The position numbers were made by a program, and so were the translations under genes. From contig NW_025767646.1 of assembly GCF_003918875.1 (NCBI RefSeq), positions 2,046,001 to 2,110,000 of the forward strand: a stretch of DNA of 64,000 bases. The letters run 5' to 3'. The stretch is from Haliotis rubra. Lineage: Eukaryota. This document shows, in pieces, positions 12,810-26,968 of this stretch. Under the pieces are notes generated by a model. It saw nothing but the letters and a program-made list of their open reading frames with translations. It was not told where the DNA came from and ran no database searches. The first letter of the stretch is position 1. Each line of letters begins with the position of its first letter.

Positions 12810-15565
12810 ATGCTTTTCAGCAGTTTGATGCATGATCATCGTGGAATTCATCTGCATAAGGTTTGAAGTTGGTTCCCCCAAGTTAGTGGAGAAATCAATC
12901 TTCGATGTAACTCGATTATGAAAAATGACACATATTTGACTAATAACAAGAAACACCTAAATCTCAAATTTTTCACAGTTCACATTTGAATGATTTAACT
13001 TGAAATTGAAACTAACAGGAATCCCCTGAATGGCGATAATGGCTGTCTTAACAATGGCCCCCACAGGACGGCCTTGATATTTTATAATCATTTGTACTCG
13101 ATAAACAACGAAGGACGAAGGACAGGTTGTATTCATAATTATGATGTATGAGCGACTCCCCAATAGATGTTATAGATGCAAGCAAGTGTTGTCAGAGATT
13201 ACCCTAGCTGAAGACTCATTAATTACACTCCCAATCCCCCTGACTCTCCAGGCTCTCTGCTGTTTAAATTCATACTGCCTGGTCACCCCCAATTGAATTA
13301 CCATCGACCATCTGGGAGCAAGAGGCATTCAGGCTATACCAATCCAGCAGGGTCAGTTTCATATCGTAAGCTTGATTCGATACGACAGTACGGGGAGTGC
13401 GTGTCTTAACGCTAATAACAGAACGGTTAGATAAAAAAGTCCTGCTGATGAACACTGCAAGAGACCAAGGGTCATAAACAGTCCATTTTCCCCCGTTCCC
13501 ATGGGACAAACCAAACGGTATTTATAGTCAAACGGCCATGCTACCAATCTGAATTATGGTAGTTTGAAGAATAATTTCATGTTGTGGTTTCGGGGCTTTT
13601 ACTCTGCGATGAACAAGTAGGATTATTTGTCATTGCTAACTCGCATCCATAATTCACCATCCTATTAATCTGTATTACTGGATAAAAAATCAGACACGAT
13701 GACGAATAGTGCACAGATTTCTTATCTCACCCTGGAAGAGCTAAACGGTATTGGCTTGGTAGGAGAATACAGCCATACTTCACCAGTCCAGTGGCTATTT
13801 GGGTTGCTTGTTTTACAGTGACCGTTGAATATGGTTTTAGTGTACTGGTTTCCGAACTGTTCTTTATAAAAAATGCACTTTGGACAGAATGTTATTACCC
13901 TCTGAGAGATCGAGCCTGTCTGTTACCCACGAACACGAACAAAGCAATCTCTTGAAAGTGCCCAGAACTATCGGGTAACTGAAATGCAACCAGAAATACA
14001 GAACTACTCGCGAGTTTAGTGTACAGTTCTCATTGCCAGTATGTCCTGCTTGGTAATCGGCATTTGACCTTTTGTGATATGGACATAACAGAATGAAGAG
14101 TTTGGTGTTAAAGGGCCTGTAAGTCTGGTTCCCTGCTCCCTTTGTGTTCAGTATAGGTTTGACTGAATAACACGTTTTTAACAAACAATTGTTTTTACAA
14201 CATTTCAGTGAACCTGAATGTCAGTGTGTACATTGTCAGAAATGACAAGACCAACTGAATGATAGCTCTATTTATGGTGTTGCTGGATCCTTTAATCAAA
14301 ACTGACAGATCCCTTTCCATAATCACCAGACATGTTTCCTGAAAACAGGCCTCGACTAAGGTACTTAAATAACAATCAGTAAGTACAGAAATGCATCTGC
14401 AGAAAGGAGGCCAATAAAGAAGTCAGTTGCCCCATATAATCTTAGTCGTTAAAAACATGAAAGAAATTGTTACAATATATACGTGAGAGTGAAATGAAAT
14501 TCAAATACGTGATAGTCTGCTTTTTTTAACCTTTCTCAATAACCACTCGAGACGTCGATAACCAAGACACTCCACACATGTAACCGAGTGTGTCGAAACT
14601 AACTATTGATTCTACATCTCTTTGAAGCAGATGACTGATGACAGATTGCAATGGCCAGCCTGCTAGTACCATTCAATTACAACAAATGTGCTAGCACGCA
14701 CATTAAATTGTTTTTACAATAATCAGACCAATTTTGTTTTGCAAACAACGTAGTGTTATTCATGCCAACGCACACCACGCCTGACAACACACACCTCCAA
14801 CAATTCAGAAACATTGCATAGCACTGGGTGATGTTTTAAACCATATCGCTTTAACGACCAACATGACAACGCGCCATGGTCTCTTTCAACCTATTCAATG
14901 TATTTGCAATCACAAATCTCTACGTAAATGCCCGTTATGCCGATTCCAAATGCAATATGTCGATATTCTGTCGTTGTGTTTTCGGCACATAAAATATTCA
15001 TCTGACTGGGAATATTTGTTTTAAAACTGATACATTGATCCTGAAGAAGAATATCAAAGTAAATTGAAGTTCCTGTGGCCCAAACCTCCGTTTTTGTTTA
15101 CGTAAGAAACATGACATTTTCCTTGTGTTAGACCTGAAAAGTTTAAGCTTGATTTTGTTGGCGGCTAAGCCAACAACTATGTGTGATCTCTAGCAGTTTC
15201 TCTAGGAACATACAATTGTTGTACCGTCAAAAAAGATAAATGTCACGGGGAAAAATTTGGCAAGAGTCCAATATGACAAACAGGGACCTGTTTCACATCA
15301 AAGATTGACAACGCTAAATACATAAAAAGAATTCCACCATTGTTAATCAATGGCCGTGCGCGACGCCATCGTAAACGTGAAGTTTTCTTTGTTGTATTTG
15401 AATGTTAATTCTTTTGTATTCTGTCACAGATGGATCTGTTGGTAGACAAGTTTAATGCAGTCCAAACCAGTAGACAAGTACTGAACTCCGTATACAGCAG
15501 AGAGGCAAGACATCATATACGGTCCGGTAAATAACCATAGTAAAGTACATCTCTGTCTCTGTGTA

Positions 15566-15785
15566 GACCTGTACAGATCCGGGTTAGAATTAGTCTTCAG
15601 CAACCCATGTTTGCCTTGAGAGGTGACTAACGGGATCGGGTGGTCAGGCTCGCTGGCTTGAATGATTCATGTCATAGGTCACTTCTCATGATGTCAATTT
15701 CTCGATTGTCTGTTCCAGACTGGATAATCCCGAGGGGTCACCTTCATATATCTGGGGTATTGCGGCATTAACCAACAAACAAACA
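15566..15785 (+). mobile_element. SINE-like family B, diverged
   Basis: GATCCGGGTTAGAATTAGTCTTCAGCAACCCATG head and AAAC tail. Confidence 0.85.
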
Positions 15786-17925
15786 TACTGCGTGTACATT
15801 ATGTAAATTAAGAACAACATGTGCAAAATTAATACTAAGGAGTCGACCAGTGAATACTCTGTGGCTGAGACCTTTCAAAAATAAATAATCTGATTCCAAA
15901 CAAATTTGAAAAAGTACATTTTTCTCAGGTTTTACTTTAAAAAAACATCTTTCACTGGTTCTTCTGAAAAAAGAATATCAAATGGTTAGTTCCAAAACGT
16001 CGGTACAAAATGGCCAGATGGTAATTTTTTCCAATTTCTGCATATTACTTTACAGTGGCCATGATATAGGAGAGAGAAAAATCAGTCCGCACTCAGCACT
16101 GCATTACTGCAACATGATCAGATTTAATCTGGACCAGGAAAACCACTGATGTCAGCATAAGCAGCACCCCGTCAGTATATGATGCCTGACAACGAGAAAT
16201 ATTAACCATTGTTGCCACAAGATCGACACTGAAGGCAAATGCCACATAGCTCTATATAGTGAATTCTGTTTCACGGATGCTCCATAAATATCTTAATGCA
16301 AGATTATATCAGTAAAAGTATGTAATAGCGTCACTGGAAGGACATACAAAACGTCTCTTTGCTTTCAAAGAACCGTTAGTAAAGGCTTTTAGTAGGTTGC
16401 AAAGGGCATAGATACACCACCGACGCTGTCTGTAATACAGCCATTTCCTGTGAACATCATACCAGGAGTGACGTCAGCGAATGCATAGACGACTTCCAAA
16501 GATGGACTGCAAATAACTCTACATGTATGTTGACGACCTATTTAAATACTAGGTATGTCCTCCAATGCAGGATGATTCTACAAACATCATAGGCAAGAGT
16601 TTCAATGGTAGCATACAGAGGCCTTCAATAGAGACGTTTTCAGACTATTTGCCATGGACGGTAAGCATACACCGCTATCTCTGACGGTTATCGTCAACGA
16701 CAAAGTTAAATTTCCCATTTCGTTAAAACCAGTTCCACTTTCAAAGGCCATCAGAAAGAAATCAAAGGACGAAAAGAGACAATATAATCCATGAAACGGA
16801 AAGAAAAACAATAAACCAGAAGTTTGACCAATGGAGCGCACAATCAAATTGAGGTATTTGATTTAATCATGTCCGACCTAAAATTACCAGAAGAACCTGG
16901 TTTGTCTGGCGCCACATGGAACACAAAGGCCATGCCACGGGCCCTTGTTCAAATACCCTCAACAACTTGGTCGGGACAAAGGAACAAACACATCTTGTTT
17001 TTGTCAATATAAATGAAGTTGGCATCGATTACTGCCTGGTAGAAAAAAGGGAGGTTGGTCGGTATGTAATGTCTGTGAATGTTCACCGCATCTGGCCCTC
17101 GGGATGATCGTGGAAGAATAAGAGGACCATGGACCTTTGAGGCGTACTGAGTAAGCATTCGGTTAAACGTGAACCGAAATACGTGTTTACAGTCACGATG
17201 TTCTCAGAATGTACATTTTCTGATTTGTCCATATTTGATTGTCCAGCCAGTATGTCGCCTAACAGCCACCTCTGATCACGGGTCATCATGTACACTCAGA
17301 CGTTCTCGGCTTCTTCCGTTAAAGTTCTCTCGGTGGGTCGACGGAATGATTCGCTCGGGAACAAGACTAACACGGATTTCAACGAATCTGCCATTATCAG
17401 TCCTGGTAATATCGCCCACTGTCTACGACCGTGTAAATTCCTTGCACGGATTCAAACAACAGGACGGGGGATCAGGAAGCAGACATTTCGTCTACTTAGG
17501 CAATCTTGTAAAATGTTGCTAAGAATGCAGTTCGCTTTTTGGAAATTATACCGGCAATACCTGAATCTGTCTGTCTCATGTCCACAACTTATATTTCCTT
17601 TGGCAGATCAAACATGGTACATACATCAGAGATGAACATCACTCGAACAAATATCAGATGTTCTGTATCTTTGTGTTTCATCTTTGGGGTAAATTTCTGT
17701 TCTGATTTAAACCCTTTGAAGCCCAGCCCAAAGATTAGATCGTACTGGAAACAGACTCAAAGAAACCATCCTTTGCAGCAATTTGATCAAGATCCCACAC
17801 TTTTTGTTCATAGTGTACCATAGAATTGGATGACGATCCGTGGAGTGGTTGGGTAGATTTTGACGCTGCTTTGAATTACAATACAACGGCATGTTGTCAA
17901 ATGTGTTGTCGCTTTCCACTTTTAG

Positions 17926-18096
17926 AGTGAGTGAGTGAGTGAGTTTAGTTTTACGCAGCTTTTAGCAATATTCCAGCAATATCACGACGTAGGATACCAG
18001 AAAAGGGCTTTACACAGTGTACCAATGTGGGGAATCGAGCCCGAGTCTTCGGCGTGACGCGTGAACGTTTTAACCACTAGGTTACCCCACCGCCCC
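17926..18096 (-). mobile_element. SINE family A
   Basis: Full copy; imperfect TSD TCCA(C)TTTTAGA. Confidence 0.92.
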
Positions 18097-18242
18097 TCCA
18101 TTTTAGAACTTTGTATGCATGTGGGTTTGGTGCAGTCAGATCAAGGACGACAACCAAGAACATTGTGAGATTGGAAGTTCCGTGCAGCGGATCCTAGTAC
18201 CTGGGAACTAACTTGTACATTTCATTGAGACTCAGTCGACCC

Positions 18243-18390
18243 GAGGTGAGGTGAGGTGAAATTGGGTTTAACGTCGTGCTTGAGAATATTTCGCTCATAT
18301 GACGACGTGCATGCGTGTGTATGTGTATGTGCGGCTGCTTGTACTAGCCCAGACTGATGCTGGTTTTATAGTGCTAGCACACTGTGATAC
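18243..18390 (-). mobile_element. SINE family C, 3' fragment
   Basis: Near-identical reverse complement of about 19105-19252, including the (CACCT)n tail. Confidence 0.9.
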
Positions 18391-18932
18391 CTGGGGTATG
18401 TATTGAAGGAATATATAATGCCTAACATTGGAATCCTCATCCAAAGTACCCTGACAGCTAACTCTACGATGCGTTTGACTACAACTACCCCTTTGTCATT
18501 ATTTGGCAAGGGTCACAATAAGTTGTTCGGTGAAAACTTTGGTGTGCGTTAATACAAATTATTTAGTGATGCGGCAGGGCTTACCTCCAATGTCACTCAC
18601 TCACTCGTAAATAGAAAACTAGAATAACTTATTTCAAGTGTCTTTCATCAACGAATGAGAAAGATGTACTTGAATAATATCTTCCAAAGTCAAATCCGCT
18701 GTTTCAAGAGATTTTATATCTCTGAATCAAATATTGTCCAAATTCCAGTCAGAATCACCTTTATCATGAATAAATGTCAGTGAACATTTTTATTTTTATA
18801 TTATTCTTGGAATAAAACCAAAATACAAAAAAGATGCTCATTTGAAAACAAATGAATCCCCTACCGTACTAAAGCTCGGGAACCCCTATCAAACAGAAAC
18901 GACAAAACCCTTTCCGCGTCCCTAAGTAATCT

Positions 18933-19249
18933 GAGAGCGGAAGGTCGCGGGTTCGATCCCCGACCGCGTCATACCAAAAGACGTTAAAATATGGTACTTG
19001 TTGGTCCCTGTCGGGCGCTCGGCATTAATGGGTACAACAAGGACTGGTCGGCTCGGAGTCAGTATAATGTGTCTGAGTGGGGTATTCATGCTTCACTGCG
19101 GCATGGTATCTCAGTGAGCTAGCACTATAAAAGCAGCTTCAGTCTGGGCTAGTACAAGCAGCCGCACATACACATACACACGCATGCACGTCGTCATATG
19201 AGCGAAATATTCTCAAGCACGACGTTAAACCCAATTTCACCTCACCTCA
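18933..19249 (+). mobile_element. SINE family C (tRNA B-box, Meta/MESC-like core, (CACCT)n tail), 5'-truncated
   Basis: GGTTCGATCCC B-box; core GTCATACCAAAAGACGTTAAAATATGGTACTTG resembles the MetaSINE domain as recalled; 12-bp TSD CCTAAGTAATCT. Confidence 0.85.
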
Positions 19250-20978
19250 CCTAAGTAATCTAGAGACCTATTTTCGATGACTTCGCTAAAGCAGTGTTGG
19301 ATTAGGGTGTAATGGTTCCTATCGTCAGCCTTTGCCTGAATTCGACATTCCATAAACTAGTTTTAATAAATACAACTGAAGTGTCTATGGTTGCGAATGT
19401 CTGTCTAAAACTCGACTTGGATAACAACTAAGGGAACACCACTTCATGGCAGTGTTCTTGTATGTATTCTCAGATTTCCTCCCAGGGCGCTTTTCAAATT
19501 TGGTGATGAAGACTGGAAAATATTGAAGGAACACTTGAATTTTCCTGTGTTCCCTTATTTGTTTCTCTCAGTACATTAGAAAATTTAACCTCAGGTATGC
19601 AATACCTGGTACACCATCCTGTCGTACTAACACGTGAATTATGTGTGCAAACCCGCAGATTAGGAATGTTTGGTCAATTCTTAACGAATGCTTTAGAACC
19701 GAGCCGTACCCATGCAAACCACAGAAGAGGTTAGTCGGTGCAGTTGATAGTGGATAGTCATGCGATGCTAGAACTTTGATGGAGAAACAAACATCTAAAT
19801 AATTCCCAGGCTAATGGGTTTGTTCAGGCAAGCTGGGGGTTCTAGGTTTGAGGCAAACATATGGTCCTTAACACGTATACCGGTATGATGTGCTTAACAC
19901 AGGAGAAAAGATCTCTATCACTGACTGTCAAACAAAACTCCCAGTCGAGATCAACTGCCTCAAAAAAGTAATTTACAGTCACGTGCAGTATTACGCTTAT
20001 GCTTTATAATAGTGTAAAAGAACAGGACCTATTAATTGTTTACCAGTAACATCGAACAATACGTCTTGCAGATTTGAGTTCCACCGTATCCACGTCTTAT
20101 AGGACGCCAATGGAGCCAGGCAGTTTGGATCCCGTTACATGAACTTTTGTGGATAACGACTTTTTCTGATTTGAGAAATGTCTAAAGGATACTAGTTGCC
20201 ATATTCATCAGATAAATTGTGATGAAGTTACATTTCTCACTTTTCATTCCAGGCTCCCTTGAGAATATACAATTCGAGCTATCAAACTTGCAATCTCTTT
20301 ATAAGCTCATCATGACCATGCTGGTTATATCTGTTATGACTAGTCTACCGTATTATGAAGGTAGAATTATGTTTTGATGCAAATGTGAAAGTCTCCATCG
20401 GCGTACCATTTCTTCTGGATTCTCCCCAGCAAAACAACACACGACACGAACAGCATATTGACAGTATTACAGTTCAGTATCATATTTGACAATGGAGTTA
20501 ATTCTGTTTTGATGCTCAAACGCTCGATTTACTTCCCGAGAATTATACGGCCGTGTAACTCATGGGAAATCATGGAATAGGTGCTGGCAATGGACATCTA
20601 TTTACACTTGACGCCAATGTAGCGATCGGGCGATTAAGTAATTCCATGTCGTATACAGAAAGTTGCGAGTATGAAACCCTAGGGGGTCCGAATATTGATT
20701 TAAAGGCATGTATAGCTTCTACCTACATGCATGTATCAGATGAGTGGGTATGCAGAAAAAGGGAAGCAGCGCTTTGAGCACTAGTGCTGCCGTATGACAA
20801 CCGATAAGTGGGTTTCACGCTATTTTAGATGATGTTCTCGCAATATCACAGTAGTCGCCGGAGAATGGGATTCACACACTGAACAGCGGGGAGGAACCAC
20901 GGTTAGTTAACACACAGTTCAAAATGTCGCCAACATGTTTTTGTTGAATGAAACTCAAAGAGCAGTACTGACACGGTC

Positions 20979-21137
20979 GGGGCGGTGGGGTAGCCTAGTG
21001 GTTAAAGCGCTCGCTCATTAAGCTGAAGGCCCGGGTTCGATTCCCCACATGGGTATAATGTGTAAAGCCCATTTCTGGTGTCCCCGGCTGATATATTACT
21101 GGATTGCTAAAAGCAGCGTAAAACCCGATCACTCACT
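20979..21137 (+). mobile_element. SINE family A
   Basis: GGGGCGGTGGGGTAGCCTAGTGGTTAAAGCG head; TSD ACTGACACGGTCG. Confidence 0.93.
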
Positions 21138-21522
21138 GACACGGTCGTTGAAAGATAATAGTTAAGTCTTACAGGGTTTTTAGGGATCACAATCCTGTTT
21201 CTACGAGGTTGTTATGAGTACCACATATTTATAAAGAACTCGACGGGTCCCGAGAGAATACTCGATGAGGAATATCTGTAAGGACCTACATGCAGGACCA
21301 TGACGTCTTCAATGCATCAGTGTTTTGCAGCGTTGAAAAAAGTTGCCATAGCAACTGATTCAGGACAGCCATTTACACATTTATTCCAAAGGCCTACTAT
21401 GACGCCAAGATATGCATAACTTGATTGCAATAATGTATTTGATGCTCATCTCCATGTGTAATCCTCACAACCACTGTATTGTATATTGTGTCTGTCGTCA
21501 CATCAACACGCCCTAAACAATG

Positions 21523-22750
21523 TCATTGTCTCTTTATCTGTCCATTGTTGTCTCTCTATCTGTCCATTGTTGTCTCTCTATCTGTCCATTGTTGTCTCTC
21601 TATCTGTCCATTGTTGTCTCTCTATCTGTCCATTGCTGTCTCTCTATCTGTCCATTGTCTCTATCTGTCCATTGTTGTCTCTCTATCTGTCCATTGTTGT
21701 CTCTCTATCTGTCCATTGTTGTCTCTATCTGTCCATTGTTGTCTCTCTATCTGTCCATTGTTGTCTCTATCTGTCCATTGTTGTCTCTCTATCTGTCCAT
21801 TGTTGTCTCTCTATCTGTCCATTGTTCTCTCTCTATCTGTCCATTGTTGTCTCTCTATTGCTGTCTCTCTATCTGTCCATTGTTGTCTCTCTATCTGTCC
21901 ATTGTTGTCTCTCTATCTGTCCATTGTCCATTGTGTCTCTATCTGTCCATTGTTGTCTCTCTATCTGTCCATTGTTGTCTCTATCTGTCCATTGTGCTGT
22001 CCATTGCTGTCTCTCTATCTGTCCATTGTTCTCTATCTGTCCATTGTTGTCTCTATCTGTCCATTGTCTGTCCATTCTCTCTATCTGTCCATTGTTGTCT
22101 CTCTATCTGTCCATTGTTGTCTCTCTATCCATTGTTGTCTCTCTATCTGTCCATTGTTGTCTCTCTATCTGTCCATTGTTGTCTCTCTATCTGTCCATTG
22201 TTGTCTCTATCTGTCCATTCTGTCTCCATCTGTCCATTGTTGTCTCTCTATCTGTCCATTGTTGTCTCTCTGTCCATTGTTGTCTGTCTGTCCATTGTTG
22301 TTCTCTCTATCTGTCCATTGTTGTGTCTCTCTATCTGTCCATTGTCCATTGTTGTCTCTATCTCCATTGTTGTTGTCTCTCTATCTGTCCATTGTTGTCT
22401 CTCTATCTGTCCATTGTTCTCTCTATCTGTCCATTGTTGTCTCTCTATCTGTCCATTGTTGTCTCTCTATCTGTCCATTGTTGTCTCTCTATCTGTCCAT
22501 TGTTGTCTCTATTGTCCATTGTTGTCTCTCTATCTGTCCATTGTTGTCTCTCTTGTCTCCTGTCCATTGTTGTGTCCATTGTTCTCTCTATCTGTCCATT
22601 GTTGTCTCTCCATTGTTGTCTCTCTATCTGTCCATTGTTGTCTCTCTATCTGTCCATTGTTGTCTCTCCTCTGTCCATATCTGTCTCTATCTGTCCATTG
22701 TTGTCTCTCTATCTGTCCATTGCTGTCACTTTATCTGAACATTGTTGTTT
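21523..22750. repeat. 22-bp minisatellite (CTATCTGTCCATTGTTGTCTCT)n, about 55 copies
   Basis: Visible; the unit has no stop codon in any + frame, which explains the three ORFs of about 420 aa. Confidence 0.98.
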
Positions 22751-23904
22751 TTGACAATATATCTGTTTATATTTACATTGGTAAGGACGACCACAAGTAG
22801 AATATGCCGCTCGTAGGAAACGCCCAGAGGTTGAGCTGGAGCTACGCTCACCTCATTTATGTTTTAGCCGGAATCTCCGCCCATTGCTGTCGTTGTGTAG
22901 TGTTTATCATGTATTGCACAGTCAACTAAAGAAGTTTGGACTCGTCTTAATTCTAAGCAAGTTGCCCTGTCGACATATTAGCGCTGACAAAAAGAATCGT
23001 CCACATTACTTATGCGCTGCAATTATGTATGTTCCTGCGAAGAGTATGTTTTTTTGGCATTGAGAGATGTTATGCATCAGTGTTGGTTGATGCTCGGCAC
23101 GTCGCCATAGAAAAACTGTTCCGTACCTAAATCTCGTCGTGTAGTACGATATGACCTGTTGCAAAAAATTCTACTTCCCTGGAAGACACCACGTTGACAT
23201 ACGACAGACTCGTTATTATCTCCCTACAACTCAAAACAATATCTCCTTATACCAGTTGACAATTAACAACTAACGGCGAGACACTGCGAACGTCTTCTCT
23301 CTCTGAACTAATTATAAAGGCTTGTCACTCCAATTGGAGATTTGGGGGCGGGAGGGGGAAGAGTTTTCGTGCCTCAGGTGCAGTGTGAACGATCACATTT
23401 TGCAACCGAGACCATATATATTTGGAGACAAAATATAGAGGCATAATACTGGAAATCAGTTATAAGTAAAACCCAAATACGTTCTTAACAAGGAGAGGGG
23501 CGATGCAATTTGACGCAATAGACACTAATTATAACTGTCCAACCGTAGACCAGCCTCGAAGTCGAGTCTGCAACAAGATGACACCCGATCAATCCCATCT
23601 TTATTGGGTGCATACGACTAGCACGGGATAAAAGCACCTACTCCCTCCCGCACTGCATGCTAAGTCAACATATCCTCATATTTTGATATGCCAAAATATA
23701 TGCTATATATAAAGAGACAACGCAAGAAAATAAACGGCCTTGACCATCCGACGAAAGAGACTCGGTTGGGCTAAAATGGCTAAATAGCGGTGACAATTAT
23801 ACCGAAGAAAAGTATATGAATGACTTATTTTCAATTGGTAATGGCACTAGGATTCGTAAAAAGGGTAAGCCCTGAGCTAACATCTTCCATTCAGACAATT
23901 TCTT

Positions 23905-24151
23905 ACCCGTGAAGATCCGGGTTTGAATTGATCTTCAGCATATTCATGCTTGTCGTAAAAGGCAACTAAAGGGATCGGGTGGTCAGGCTCGCTGACTTGG
24001 TTGACACATGTCATCGTATCCCAATTGCGTAGATCGATGCCCATGCTGATGATCACAGGACTGTCTGGTCCAGACTCGATTATTTACAGACCGCCGCCAT
24101 ATAGCTGGAATATTGCTGAGTGCGGCGTTAAACAATAAACCAGCCAACCAA
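23905..24151 (+). mobile_element. SINE-like family B, full length
   Basis: Head ACCCGTGAAGATCCGGGTT through to tail; TSD TCAGACAATTT. Confidence 0.93.
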
Positions 24152-26814
24152 ATCAGACAATTTGTAAATGATCATCTTACACCAGAATCTTACAGCTGTG
24201 GCTTCAAAGTACAGATTTGTCCCGGTTTCTCAAAGTTAGTCTCCCCATCATACCCATATCCGTGGGTGCCTCCAAAGTGGTAAACGACTTCGACCTTTTA
24301 CTACTGGTTTCCCTCTCACATCGAAATGACATGCGTGATATAACTGAAACGATGTTCAAAGCGGCCTTCAACTCAGTCCCTGCATAAATATATAGTCCCA
24401 GTGTAAGCATCAGTGGTGTACATTTTCGTACCTCTGTCACATGAAAGAAACATACAAAAGGGCTTACCAAAAACCCGTCTGAAATAAAAGCGTTCCCAAA
24501 CGACACTTACAAAATAGTGGTCGTCGTATTTCACAGACTTGCAAAAACCTACACGGACAAGGTACAAAAAAACTAACAGCACAGACAGCATATAGATCAT
24601 CGAGCATCATCAACTCGCCGCCTTCCAGACTGAGGCGTACCACGCACGATTATTGAAATAATGATCAAGAACTAGCGATCCTCGGGGACGTCATCAACGT
24701 CTCGTCTTCTACATATTGCAGGATGATTAAACATTGAAATACTATCCTGAGGTCACAGACAGGGTGATAAAGTAGCTCATTATTATGATACGCTGTGCAA
24801 TTAATGCTAGACTTTGAGCGGATATGAAATCTTAAAACCGTCGGGAAGACCCTTCTGAAGTCTTTTTAAAGAACGTAGTTAATCTTACTCTGAAAATATT
24901 TTACTTCAAGTGATACTTTAAGCATTCAATATGCACGTAGGCAACGCTAATTTACAAGATTTCTCTTCCGATGTAAGATCAGATATACTGGGGCGATTTC
25001 CCGTAGTCCCAATCACAAACTCAGACCATATTTCACCCTTTTGATGTGAAAGCTATATAAATATGTGGGTGTTGGAATTTTCTTCACTTTTCACGACTTT
25101 GTAGGATTAAAAGCACTGGGATCAAGGACAGTTGCTTAAATCGTGATGAGTAGGAATCAAACCCATACATATATTAACCTGTGCGCGTGCTTCAGTCTGT
25201 GAACGATAGAATAAAAGATTTCTTATAATCAACACTGGCTCCTGTTTAAGTGCATCAGCTTCCACTTGATCTGTTGAGTTCTTTAAAAACATTGGTTCCA
25301 GAAATCTAATTTCAGAGAGTGAGTTGAGGAAATTGTGAGACATTAATCTAACAATATCACACAGTGTAATCTGTCACTGAAGCAAGTGTGGGTATGTGGC
25401 GATCTACCAGCCTGCAATCACAGGACAACACAATTTCAAATATTCAGATCAAAAACATTTTACTCGGAAAATGCAAAAGATTGATACTCGTCTTTGGAAC
25501 GGAAGGACGACACTTTAGCAACCTTTGTAGACTAGAAAGCGTTAAATGTTTTAAATGAATGAAAGGATGTAGTTTGACGCCGCACTCAGAACTATTCAAG
25601 CTGTATCACGATCAGGGTATACGTTCCGATAACCCTCCACTATATTGGAACGTATACCCTGGAGTTATCGAGGATGTATCACGACAGCTTTTAAATAATC
25701 GAGCACTGGTCAAGTAGGCCTGACCCGATAGGATACAATGGCATCTCATTAGTTGGCTTTTACAGTTAACACGAGGAACCAACAAGCATGGAAGAAGACA
25801 CCTCTTAAAAATATTACGTGAAAATACCTAAAAGATCTTGAGGCAAAGAGATCACAAAACGTCATAAGGCACATACCACTGAAAGGAGTTAAGAACACCC
25901 AACATATTTTCCTATGACTATAATTGACCTGTCATGTCATCACAGGTGACCTATATAGTTTTAAGAAAATCATGACATACTGAACAAAGTCTTACGGAAA
26001 ACCGTCTGTTCTTTTAACCTCTCTTGAGTAGCAAACATTCAACAGGCTTCGGGAATTACCCACATTCTCATTTATTCCATGGAATGGGAGAGAGTTTACA
26101 AAAATAAACAATCACACATGCAAATTTCCACTGCAGTATTTTCGTCACCAAGATAAGCCCCGAAGCAAGAAGTAAGCAAATTTATCTCCGGGGTGAGCAT
26201 CAACGCCAAATTAAACAGATAAAAGATCACCAATTTGTTTCCAAGACACATAATCAGTGCATCCCCGGCTCAATTTCCACAACTACTTTCAACCAATAGA
26301 TCTCCGATTACTCAATCACAGGCACACGCTCCAAACACACGAGATGTAATCGAAACGACGCAGGGGGCGTCTCGAAAATAAAATGGTCTATTATTGCAGT
26401 AGGCATGCCCCAGACTATTATTAGGTCTCTAAAACTGATTTCCTTTTAAAGATCCGAGAGACTCGCATGTACATATTAAACGAGACACTTTCGTACCGTC
26501 TTGAGGAGTGTCTCGTTTGTGAAAATTACAGATTTTTTCGATAAGAGTATTTCCACGTCATTTCTTAAAATTAGAGTAAACTGAATTTTGAAGAAGTCTT
26601 ATCCTGTTTCAGATTTATATGCATGCTGGATAATTGGTGTATGGTGGAATAATGCTAATGGCAGTTTTCAAAACGGATTCAGTGAATTGTGAGGTGAAAC
26701 GGAAGTTGACGTCCAAAGTATTCATACATGCACACGTGTGTGCTTGTACTAATACGGTTTTAAAGTGCTAGTCCATTCAGATACCATACAGCAGATTGCT
26801 TCTTAATGCTGACA

Positions 26815-26968
26815 GCGGCGATGGGGTAGCCAAGTGGTTAAAGCGTTCGCTCGTCTCGCCGAAAACCCGGGTTCGATTCTCCACAAATGTGTAAAGCCCA
26901 TTTCTGGTGTCCACCGCCATTATATTGCTGGAATATTGCTAAAAGCGGTGTAAAACTAAACTCACTCA
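26815..26968 (+). mobile_element. SINE family A
   Basis: A and B boxes, tail; imperfect TSD TTCTTAATGC(T/A)GA. Confidence 0.9.

Noticed and set aside
20979-21050. tRNA-Asp-like genes at family A heads
   Set aside because: No complete acceptor stem or terminator; always fused to the SINE body and flanked by TSDs
21479-22800. Three Cys/Leu/Ser-rich ORFs of about 420 aa
   Set aside because: All three + frames are open only because the 22-bp repeat lacks stop codons; frequent indels shift the frame freely
24204-24600. Cluster of minus-strand splice-like signals
   Set aside because: Implied introns are implausibly short (about 31 nt) and no consistent reading frame emerges
26478-26518. Hairpin with a 12-bp stem, AAACGAGACACT/AGTGTCTCGTTT
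   Set aside because: Isolated, with no TSD or second copy; no function can be assigned
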